This document shows positions 1 to 9,779 of a DNA stretch of 23,506 nucleotides, piece after piece. The notes below the pieces were generated by a model. That model saw only the letters and a list, made by a program, of their open reading frames with translations. It ran no database searches and was not told where the DNA came from. The first letter of the stretch is position 1. The number at the start of each line of letters is the position of its first letter. Source of the DNA: Ginkgo biloba. Its lineage: Eukaryota > Plantae > Ginkgophyta. The position numbers were made by a program, and so were the translations under genes. The stretch lies in the NCBI GenBank assembly GCA_024626585.2, contig JANKJI020000002.1:225443881-225467386 (forward strand). Direction: 5' to 3'.

Positions 1-882
1 ATCTTCCTTCATCTCAAAAGGCAATTGAAGATCATGGAAAGCACTGGTGTTGTACATAAATGATGCTTCAACAAATCAAAATTATCTTGTTGATTTGTAT
101 TATAAACAAAGGCATGCTTAGCCTTTGTGTTCTGATGGAGAGAATATGTTATCTCAGATAATACCGGTACACACTTCCTATAAAAGTTTGCCAATCCTAA
201 AAAATTATGCAACTCATAAATATTTGTTGGTATCGCCCAATCCCTCAAGACCTCAATATTTCCAGGATCTACTCTGAAACCATGCTCGTTTATAATGAAC
301 TCCAACGCATGGCAGAGTCACACTTCTCCATGTTATCCTATAAATCATACGCCCTTAACTTCTGAAGAATATGCTCTATATGCCTCATATGATCCTCCTA
401 GATATAAATGAAAATTAAGATATCATCTAAATAAACAATCATAAAGAAATATGAGAAATGATGTAATATATTATTAATGATCCTCATGAATGTGGATGGT
501 GCAATGGTTAGTTCAAAATGAATGAATAACCACTCAAAAAGACCTTACTTCATCTTGAAAGTTGTCTTTGAACTATCCTCTTCTCTAATCCAAACTTGAT
601 GGTAATCNNNNNNNNNNNNNNNNNNNNNNNNNNNNNNNNNNNNNNNNNNNNNNNNNNNNNNNNNNNATTAGGAGATGATACATGTTATGCACCATTATCT
701 TGATGATGGAACTATAATCTATGCACATGAACTAAGAACCATCCTTCTTAGGCACCAAGAAGATAGGTGAACTACATGCAGAAGCATTAGGCTTATGTTC
801 CCCTTTTCTAAAAGCTGTAACATATGACTCTATATCTCCCCATTCTCCAAAATATATCCATGGTATAATCCTAAATTAGGCA
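1..882 (-). mobile_element. Degenerate Ty3/gypsy pol fragment (reverse transcriptase and RT-RNase H connection)
   Basis: Minus-strand translation gives RT motifs in canonical order with stops and frameshifts: ACSSPIFLVPKKDGS*FMCIDY (~790-715), DYHQVWIREEDSSKTTFKMK*GLFEWL (607-528), IVYLDDI (~440-420), then ORF 305-9 VDPGNIEVLRDWAIPTNIYELHNFLGLANFYRK...LKHHLCTTPVL. Confidence 0.92.
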
Positions 883-1092
883 ATGAATGTATATGGTGCA
901 TTGGTTAGTCCAAAATGCATGACTAACCACTCAAAAAGACCCTAATTCATATTAAAAGTTGTCTTACAAGTGTCCTCTTCTCTAATCTTGACTTGGTGGT
1001 AATCTAATTTAAAATCAATTTTTAAAAAATATTTGGCATTGTGTATATGATCCAATAAATCATCTATCCTTGGGAGAGGCTATATGTGAAAC
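883..1092 (-). mobile_element. Second, duplicated Ty3/gypsy RT segment
   Basis: Minus strand reads LPRIDDLLDHIHNAKYFLKIDFKLDYHQVKIREEDTCKTTFNMN*GLFEWLVMHFGLTNAPYTF. Bases ~883-1003 are a diverged copy of ~487-607. Confidence 0.88.
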
Positions 1093-2149
1093 NNNNNNNN
1101 NNNNNNNNNNNNNNNNNNNNNNNNNNNNNNNNNNNNNNNNNNNNNNNNNNNNNNNNNNNNNNNNNNNNNNNNNNNNNNNNNNNNNNNNNNNNATATTACC
1201 CTATACTTTGATCAATTTACCCTATTTGTTGATATTTATTTCAAGGGCATCCACCTATCGAGATAATATTTGTACCATTAAAAAATACTTTTCCTTATAT
1301 TTATATTTTTTTACCATTTTCTTATCTAGAAGAAGTACCTTACGTAGATCATAGGATCAGTGTTGAACAAAGGTACTACTAGAAGAAGATTCATTAGTAG
1401 TGGTGTGTAGTGATGAACTATGCGATTGAAGGTAGAGATTATGGATAGCATCAATTTTTCTAGAAAGGGGTTTTCTAATAATCTTTTCCTAAATAGATGG
1501 ATTAGTCAGAAGAGATATGATTTTATCAATTCCTTTGGTTTTTTCTTTTTCTGATCGTAAGCGATTAGAGACTGATAGCTAAAAATATGTAATGGTACAC
1601 CCACTAAGGTGCACCATCTATAGATGCTCATATATTTATAAAAACTACAATCTCTAGGTATTACTAAGAACTCTCTTTAAGTATAATACTAAAAATGCTC
1701 TAAATAAATTGAGAATCTATCAGTCCCTTTAGAAGGGAGTAGCTACTAAAAAGGTAAGAAAAAAGCTTTATTTTTTCGTTTGCTTGTTGAGTTTCTAACA
1801 AAAAATACATAAACTAAGAAAATGCAAAAAATAATGAAAGTCATAAGAAACTGACCACAATAAGGTAATAATCCCTAAAGTCATAAAAAATGGAGTTGAA
1901 AAATATTAAAAATGTAGAAAATGGAGCCCGAAAACACAAAGTAGGTCATATGGAGTGAAAAGTGCAAGTCACTTTATAAAAATACAATAAATTTAAAAGG
2001 TTTCAATTAAAAATAGAACATTCTTAGCATATTAGGATTTTAATATTTGGATGTATAGTTGGCAACTTGGCAAGTTAAAAAATTTTGTACGTTAATGGTG
2101 AGGAGTAAGAATACAAAGAAGACTTATTGGTTTCAAACACCATCTTAAG

Positions 2150-3720
2150 GATTACTTTTAGTGGCATAAAGGAGGTCCCTTAAGTCTTTAACGAATCTAT
2201 GAAAATGTTACTCCTAAATGGAAGAGACAACATTGCTTAATCTCTTCAATGGAATATAATATTACAGTCTTGCCTCTACCACACTATAGTAGTGATTGAA
2301 GATATGTAAAGGTAAAGCTATATTTATAAATAGAGAATATTCCTTACAAGTGACAAAATCCAATAGCACTCGATGAAGAAATTTGAAATATCATTCTACT
2401 TCTATCTAATTACTTTATGGCCCACTTAAATCAATTATTTAGAATGATGATTCAACACAAAAAACATAAAAGAAACACAGATGAATACACTTCATGCCCA
2501 TAGGGATGACAAATATATTCTAATTATGTACCAATAATGCTTAACACATGATTTTAAAATAAATTAACCAAATATGAGCATATAATATAGTTTTCTAAAT
2601 GATCACTTGTAATGATCAATAATAACAAATAAGCATTTATCTTATTCAATATATTAGAGCATTTATAAACTAGTAGTGATCAATTCATTAATACACATAT
2701 CGCTTCACCAAAAACTTAAAGAGATGATAAAATATGTTCAAATTTATTTCTATAAGAGTCTAGGTTAAAATTATGAGAACCTCAAAATTTACAAAGATAT
2801 AACCATGACCATTTTGCAACAATACCCTATAATGGGGATAATAAAGATTGAGACTCAACCACAAGGGTGTACATAAATATCCTAGATGATTTATCTCGAA
2901 TAATAATATGTGATATCAAGGGATATCATGTTACTAGTATAATACACATAATAAGAAAGGACAACAAAAATGGATAAGACTAGAAAATCTTATCAAATGA
3001 TATCTTTTTTTATCTTTTGTTTTGGTGGTAGAACCCCTTTGTATTTGTTAATCCTTTCACCCCTAACCATTATATTTGTTGAATCTGTTGGAACTTTTGA
3101 ATGAAACTAGATCACTAAATTACTTTAATTCCTTATATAACTACCTCTATGTTCTTGGCAGATAGTTCTTAAATATGATGCAATCTATCCTTAATATCTT
3201 CCCTCTTAGTAGTAGTTAAATATTTATTCCATGAGTAAATGTTTTTAAATTCCTTCTCTATCTTTATTAATTATTCACTTTCTTTTCTTATAATACACTC
3301 TACTTCCTACTTATGACAGAATCTATCCCATAAGGTTATGGTCAGTTGACTAAAATTCAATGCCTCTTCATTTTGCAATGCACCAACCATCTTGGTCTTC
3401 TATGATTAAATCAATTAAGTACAACCCTCCTTTGAGATTAACTACTTATCCTTCTGTGGATAAGGGATCTGTATTTCTTAACCTATCATCTCAAAGAAAT
3501 ATTTTAGTTCAAAACTTTTATTTGTTATGGACAATATACGATTGGAGTTTTAAGATAGGCCAATTAATAAGAAAACATATATCACTCCAAAATGTGTATA
3601 TTAGATCTAACACTTATGTTTGTGCAATTGTTAAGAATTTTTCTCTCGAAATCTTCAACAATCCCAATGGATTAACTAGAGACATAATTATGTATATTGT
3701 TTTGTTACACTAACTAGCGA
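2150..3720 (-). mobile_element. Highly decayed L1-type LINE relic (ORF2 endonuclease start and RT-proximal fragment; possible ORF1 remnant)
   Basis: Minus strand 3250-3121 reads FKNIYSWNKYLTTTKREDIKDRL...IEVVI*GIK, resembling the AP-endonuclease start MKIxSWNVRGL..KR..IK...DIVxxQETK. GSHNFN (~2785-2765) resembles GGDFN, and YSIEEIKQCCLFHLG (~2257-2212) resembles FTxEEIKxxVFxLG. By-eye matches only; boundaries approximate. Confidence 0.5.
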
Positions 3721-4079
3721 GTACTATATCCACACCTCCCCAAAACCAATTCTCTTCCTAATTGATGTTGATGCATAATCCATATCGTTATGCATGGTTC
3801 AAATGTGATGTTAGAAGATGCTATGTCATAATTCAATGCCATCGCTATGAATTTAATACTTTGTCAAGGAGTACAAAGAGGCACTCAAATCAATCCTCTT
3901 ATAAGGGACTTATGTAAGGATATATGCATGAAGCATCAAAATTTTATTGTGAGTTATAGATAGTAAGAGGATGAGATCAAATTTGCCCTCTCAAATGGCA
4001 CTCAAGTAGATACGATTGGAAGAAAATAATTGAATGTTGCTTGTCATTAGGATTGTATGCGAAATATATTGTCAATCTA

Positions 4080-4196
4080 GATCACATGGATATGCATGGT
4101 TCAATTGTCAATGTAAAATATGTTATATGTGATCCGTCGATCACATGGATATGCATGTTTCATTTGTCAATGTGAAAGATAATTATGTGATCCGTC
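4080..4196. repeat. Two-copy ~59-bp tandem repeat, each unit bounded by an 8-bp inverted repeat
   Basis: Unit 1 (4080-4138) and unit 2 (4139-4196) both begin gatcacatggatatgcatg and end atgtgatccgtc. GATCACAT is the reverse complement of ATGTGATC. Confidence 0.9.
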
Positions 4197-4754
4197 AACG
4201 TCATAGTTGTAGGCCTTGTTAGAAATATTTAAATAAAAACACGAAATGAAATTTTATAAACGAAATTCATATGACGTGTTACCCGAGGAGCAAAGAACGG
4301 AACCTGCATTTTAAGAAATTTTGCACGCAGATTTACAAATGGACGGAATTGATATTCTGGACAAAGCATCTTTCAACACTGTTGATTTGAAATGACATTT
4401 CATTTTTTGATTTGACAGTTTCTATATTGCGAATCATTTGTTCGGGGCCTTGTCAGTAATTCCCATTGTGCTTCCATGTGGAAAATTATTCTGAAATATA
4501 ATCGGGTTTAAAAAAAAATTCAATTAACTAAGCATAGACACATTTGACTGATTCATTGGAATAGATATTGCAACTGGTAGTTTTCTATTGTTGTCAAACT
4601 CAGTCCTCATTCATGTCCCCGCAGATTATTTCAATGAGGTGAACGTTTTTACCCCGTCAGGAAATGTATTTACTATGCTATTCTGTTTAGTCTCTGTAAA
4701 TCTATTTAGTCTTTGGAATCGACCTGAAATCCCAATTTGATATCAATCCATTGA
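4130..4754 (+). promoter_or_regulatory. Probable proximal promoter/5' UTR of the 2ODD gene, with TGACG- and W-box-type motifs
   Basis: Lies directly upstream of ATG 4755 and keeps many CpGs, unlike the flanking TE DNA. TGACGTG at 4272-4278; CGTCA (reverse TGACG) near 4193, 4199 and 4655; TTGACT W-box at 4544-4549; further TTGAC/GTCAA cores near 4412 and 4594. Function inferred only. Confidence 0.5.
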
Positions 4755-5021
4755 ATGGCGTCTACTTTAGTCCACGCTGCAGCTTCTGGTCATGAGAAAG
4801 TGGATGAGAACCCAGTTCGTTGCATAGGAGTGCAAGATCTGGTGGACGCGGGTATTGCCAGCCTCCCTCAGATTTATGTCAGACCTCCCGATGAGCGGCC
4901 CGTTGATGAATCTCTTGAAGACCAATTCCCCTTGATAGACATTTCTCCCCTCGATGGTGCAGGCCGATCTGCTGTTGTGCAGGCCATAGGCCACGCGTGC
5001 CAGGAATGGGGCTTCTTTCTC
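4755..5021 (+). CDS. Exon 1 of a 2-oxoglutarate/Fe(II)-dependent dioxygenase (DOXC class, DIOX_N domain; DMR6-like/F6'H-like)
   Basis: 89 uninterrupted codons: MAST...GVQDLVDAGIASLPQIYVRPPDERP...FPLIDISPLDGAGRSAVVQAIGHACQEWGFFL. The LPxxYVRPxxERP, PLID and ACxEWGFF motifs are DIOX_N hallmarks. Followed by the donor GTAATT at 5022, the usual phase-0 intron site after WGFF(Q/L). GC-rich relative to surroundings. Downstream exons (NHG..., HxD...H, RxS) not found in the window. Confidence 0.93.
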
Positions 5022-5138
5022 GTAATTTTTTATCTCCANNNNNNNNNNNNNNNNNNNNNNNNNNNNNNNNNNNNNNNNNNNNNNNNNNNNNNNNNNNNNN
5101 NNNNNNNNNNNNNNNNNNNNNNNNNNNNNNNNNNNNNN

Positions 5139-5640
5139 CTTTGCCTCCAAAATAAATAAATCAATATCCATATCTATAATTCAACATCGTATCCATATCT
5201 ATCTCTATCTATGTTCCCTCCTTTTATATCCCCACCATCATTTTCTCCTTACATCCCTCCCATCCATCACCTTATCTTACCTTTTCACCATCTCCATCTA
5301 CCATCTAACTAATCCTATCGCGTTCCCATCTTTGGTTTCATTATTTTCATTCTTCCCAGATCCCCTCATCTCTCTTCCATTATTCGAGCTTCACTCTTTC
5401 ACCCATTATTTTACTACACTCGCTCATCATCACTTTTAAATCACTATCATATGTATCATATCCTAGTTTGCTACCAAACTATTGATCTTCCATCTCACTG
5501 TTCATCATCACTAATTCATCCTTTACTTATTTTCTCTTATGTCATTATTCGTTGGCTATCACCCATAATCCTTATTATTTTTCTATGATCATTATTAATA
5601 AGCTATGATCATATTATTTTTCTCACGCTCTAATTTCTTA
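5139..5640. other. Pyrimidine-rich low-complexity tract, probably the leader region of the adjacent gypsy element
   Basis: Strong C/T bias with recurrent ccatc/catc/ctctt words, no recognisable ORF, immediately upstream of the gag relic. Confidence 0.35.
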
Positions 5641-5739
5641 ACCCTTTCCATATTGAGAGGAATTTGACTCATATCCTACCACATCTTTAAGTAATGATCC
5701 TATTATCTATGATCCTTCTTTCCCCCTCTTCCCAAAGAG

Positions 5740-7394
5740 ATGACTCCATTCATTACCATATTTCTAGGATGGGATGATGATAATCCTCAACATTTCCTTA
5801 TAAAGTATACAATTTAGTGTAGTTCTTGTGCATAAAATGAGTCTGTCAAGTTGAGGTTATTCCAATGTTCCCTTACAAAATAATATTCCATGTGGTTTAT
5901 ATATTTACCACATAAATCCATCCCATCATTAGATCTTGAATTAGGAGATAGATTTCTAAAGAAATTTAATTCTTATCTTCCTTACAAATATTCCACTAAG
6001 CTTTTGTCTAATATGAAATAAGACTATAAAACATCCATCATTGAATATATTAAGAATTTGAGGGAAAGTAGGGTTGTGTCCTCTTATTAAGTTTAGAGAG
6101 GTAGGGTGATGATTTATTTAAATACTTCTTCTGTAATTTGTATTTCATGTGATGACCAAAATACCTAGAAATGAAGAACATACCATCCATAGAGTATTGT
6201 TTATGGATACTTATCTCTAATAATTGAGTTATAGAAGGTATCGTAATTATATTATTATTGAGCATATAGATCCTCATAATCCTCCTCCACATCAATCCTT
6301 ATAATAGGTTCTTGATAGTGTTATAGGTATTTCAATGCAACTAACATCTACATATGTAAAATCTAAGAAAAATGTCTTAGGATATGTTTGTCTACATACT
6401 ATCCCCCTCCTCAAAATTCTCAAGTTGATTTGGTACTAAACTAAAATAACCCCTATACCAATAATCCTCTAAATGAATATATAAATAATCCTCAAAATAA
6501 AAAATATAATTAGATAAACCAAAATATACCTATTAGTGCTCAAGGAGGTTTTAAAAATATGGGTAAAAGACAATAATAAAACCAAAACCAAGATGGTACT
6601 AGTCGAACTCAAATGTGGTTTGAGTATTATAAAATCAATATTCACAACAACAGAGATGGTCATTATTAGGCCGAATCATTAAAACGCATGAAAGATCATG
6701 ATCTTATACCTAATCCATCCTAATAAGATTTCCCTTCACACACCATAATTCATTTCAAGAAGAATTTACATGAAACCTCATCATCAAAAAAAAAGTAAGC
6801 ATCAACTACACCTATGTCATAGGTTCTAATCTTCTAACCAAGGAATCAAATTCCTTCTATACTAATGTTCTTCTTAGGAATGATATATCATCTAATTCCA
6901 ACATTATATATGTTGGGGTTGGTGATTATGTCATGGTTAGATCATGATCCATGGACCAATATTCTTGTTAAGAGAATCCATATACATCCTATATGAAGTA
7001 TTTTATTTACCCTTTGTATATTTATAATATAAGAAGTATATTGTAAGGGAATAAACCTAATTTTTACAAAAAATCATCAAATAATTTTGACATCAAATAA
7101 GAATTTGTTATGGTCCCTTCCTATATTTCCCTCTTAGAAATTTTATATAATTTTTCTCTTGAAAGAGCCTAACCCTGAAGGATCTTTTAGGTAGTGGAGT
7201 CTCCCATAAATATATTAATATATTAATATTATTTATCCCATATAATCTCCTAAATAAGTTTACAACTTTAAAAAATCCATTTAAAATTATGGTTTACATC
7301 GCCCATTGTAAGGTATGGAAATTTATAGTTGACAATATCTTAGCCATAACTATTATGTCTTGCTTTTCCTCTAAGGATTTACTATTTTAACATG
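5740..7394 (+). mobile_element. Decayed non-chromovirus Ty3/gypsy (Tat/Athila-like) gag-protease
   Basis: Frame from 5761 reads FLGWDDDNPQHFLIKY...ESVKLRLFQCSLTK*YSMWFIYLPHKSIPSLDLELGDRFLKKF...LLSNMK*DYKTSIIEYIKNL (retrotransposon gag pattern). ~7086-7145 FDIK*EFVMVPSYISLLEIL. ~7275-7360 NPFKIMVYIAHCKVWKFIVDNILAITIMS resembles the protease motif VLVDNGSAxNIM. Confidence 0.8.
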
Positions 7395-7649
7395 NNNNNN
7401 NNNNNNNNNNNNNNNNNNNNNNNNNNNNNNNNNNNNNNNNNNNNNNNNNNNNNNNNNNNNNNNNNNNNNNNNNNNNNNNNNNNNNNNNNNNNNNCCCCAC
7501 CCATAACCCCCACCTCTTACTTCTATATAAAGGTTTAAATATTAAATATAGTATGATGGAAAGGGTTAACTTGAGGAATTCTATAAGGTGGTTTATGTGG
7601 GAGACAATGTTTAAAATAATGATACAATGACATAGTTTTACAATTTTCT

Positions 7650-8620
7650 AAAGGGACATAGGGAATTAAAAACCTTCACGATAGTGTAGACCTCTATTCT
7701 AAAGACATCTCATAATTTCTTTGAACTCCCTATAAAATTGTTAGAAACTTTGACATTGCTCATATATCTACACTTTGGAAACCTTTTATATATCTATCAT
7801 ATACATTTAAATATCATACTCATTTTTAACCTTGCATTCATTGATAAATTTCTTAAAGTTCCATGCTTTGGATAATGTGGTTTCATCCTAAAAAATAAAT
7901 TTTAGGGCACCCCAACTTTGAATATAAATAATAACTATAATGTGAATGAATTTCTCCATTGTGAACCTTCCTACTTCATCCCTTTTATATCTTTTATAAT
8001 TTTTTACTTGTAAAATATGGAAATTATAAAACTTATTATTATTAAAATAATCATGTAGAATTATTATGTATATAGTAGGAGTCCATTTCATAATTTTTCC
8101 CCAATCATCTTAATGATGACTTTGGAACTATTTTCAAATTCTCTTCATTTATCTTATGAATTAAAATTTGATCTCCAATGACTAATTATTTTGTTTTCTT
8201 GTAAATTTATAACAATATTTGTCCTACATTTTTCCCATTTTATATGTCACACCAATATTTTTCTATATCTAAATAAATTTGATTATTATCATTCAAATAT
8301 ACAAAAATATTTTTAATACGATCTATAGTGATTTATGTACTTATTTATTTCATATACAAACTCTTTAAGAATCTAGTGAATATTGTCTCTTTCATTAGAT
8401 TTGTTCTATATTTTATAATAAGCACTACTACTAGGTTATCAAAATCATTCTCCTTAAACCAATTCATTAATTCTATCTTATATTTTGTGAGATCTTGTTT
8501 ATTTAGATACTTTACTATGGTATTATAATAACCCATGTAATGAATAGGAATAGAGTTTTCTTCCACTAAGTTTAAATATAGATTTGACATAACCTTTGAT
8601 CTTATTTAATATTTACCTTC
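7650..8620 (-). mobile_element. Very decayed L1-type LINE reverse transcriptase relic
   Basis: Ordered minus-strand remnants: ITIDRIKNI (~IANRLK), SNLFRYRKI (~QSGFxxGRxI), IKF*F..KRI*..DWGKIMKW (~IKLDxxKAYDRxxW...GxKxxxW), IKDIKGMK (~IKGIK), FPKCRYM (~FPxRYLG). Many frameshifts; by-eye recognition. Confidence 0.42.
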
Positions 8621-9399
8621 ATGTAGAATAATCCTTTACTCTTTCTTGCAGGGAAAATATTATGTGTTATTTATAACTAATAGGATGGTTTTCTTAAAAA
8701 AATTCAAAAGTTAGATTCACTAGTAGGTAAAATGTTTCTAAAGTATTCACTATATTTGTTTAATTATAATGAAAAATATTATTTTATTTGATAAATATAG
8801 GATATATTACTATCAAAATAGTTATTTTACAATAACATTCATCTAGTTATTTAATAATTAATTATACTAATTAAAAATAATTCATTCCAAAACCTTCATA
8901 GGAGAATTTGATTAAAGATTCATTCTTATTTGATTAAATAATAGAGTTATTAGATGGTTTGTGTGGATATATAAGGAATGAAATAAAATTGAGCCTATGT
9001 TTATNNNNNNNNNNNNNNNNNNNNNNNNNNNNNNNNNNNNNNNNNNNNNNNNNNNNNNNNNNNNNNNNNNNNNNNNNNNNNNNNNNNNNNNNNNNNNNNN
9101 NNNNAATTATAATCATAGTCCTAGGTGAGCCAATCATCCTTGGAGCTAGTTTGTGTTGTCATTTGCAACCACTGCTATATTATGGAGCTGAATGGACGAC
9201 TTACATAGATGTATATCTATTGTATTCCTTAATGAATAAGGTCTTTGCTTTTTTTTTTCTTACAACATGGAAGTTTTTGTACTGTTACAGACATTTAAAA
9301 TTGGTTGATATAATAACCTTTTTGGTATTTTGAGTACTGAAATGCTTGTCTGATACAGTTTTGTATTCTTAATTTGCTTGTTTATACCTTGTGAGACAG

Positions 9400-9483
9400 A
9401 TTGTCATTATGATGCGCACACTGTATCAGAAATGCAAACTTGTTCATGGAGACTTCAGCGAATACAATATTCTTTATCATGAG
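9400..9483 (+). CDS. RIO1: Internal exon of RIO1-type atypical serine/threonine kinase (catalytic loop)
   Basis: Acceptor CAG ends at 9399. 84 nt encode IVIMMRTLYQKCKLVHGDFSEYNILYHE, matching plant RIO1 MRxLYQKCKLVHGDLSEYNILY. Donor GTATAG at 9484; phase 0/0. Confidence 0.95.
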
Positions 9484-9686
9484 GTATAGTACAAGCAATC
9501 TTGTTACTGCATGTAAAAGCACTGAGATTGCCACTGCTGTGCCTGAGTTGTCATGCTTGCTCAACTGGTGAGCTAGTGGAGGAGATGAATCAGTCAAGCT
9601 CATTGTATAAGGGTGCTTCTATTTTGTCTGTTTTTTGATTTTTGTTCCTCAACTTAAAGTTTTGACTCACATTTGTGTCTTTTCAG
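9484..9686 (+). other. RIO1: 203-nt GT-AG intron between the two RIO1 exons
   Basis: Starts GTATAG; branch-point-like TGACTCAC at 9663-9670; pyrimidine tract ending TTTTCAG at 9686. Splicing joins ...ILYHE to GHLY... in frame. Confidence 0.93.
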
Positions 9687-9779
9687 GGCCATCTGTATGC
9701 AATTGATGTTTCTCAGTCTGTAGACCTTGATCACCCACGTGCCTTAGATTTCTTGCGTGAGGACTGTCTTCATGTTTCT
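9687..9779 (+). CDS. RIO1: Internal exon of RIO1-type kinase (metal-binding loop IDVSQ)
   Basis: 93 nt encode [31 protein letters not shown], matching plant RIO1 [31 protein letters not shown]. Donor GTGAGC at 9780; phase 0/0. Confidence 0.96.

Noticed and set aside
3360-3713. 117-aa + strand ORF
   Set aside because: No recognisable domain; lies antisense to the inferred LINE relic.
5022-5159. Extension of the 2ODD ORF (VIFYL...LCLQNK) in the ORF track
   Set aside because: It reads through the GT donor at 5022 and an N-gap, and the expected V(I/V)NHG continuation is absent.
4767-5171. 134-aa antisense ORF over the 2ODD exon
   Set aside because: Shadow of a GC-rich coding exon, spans a gap, no recognisable motif.
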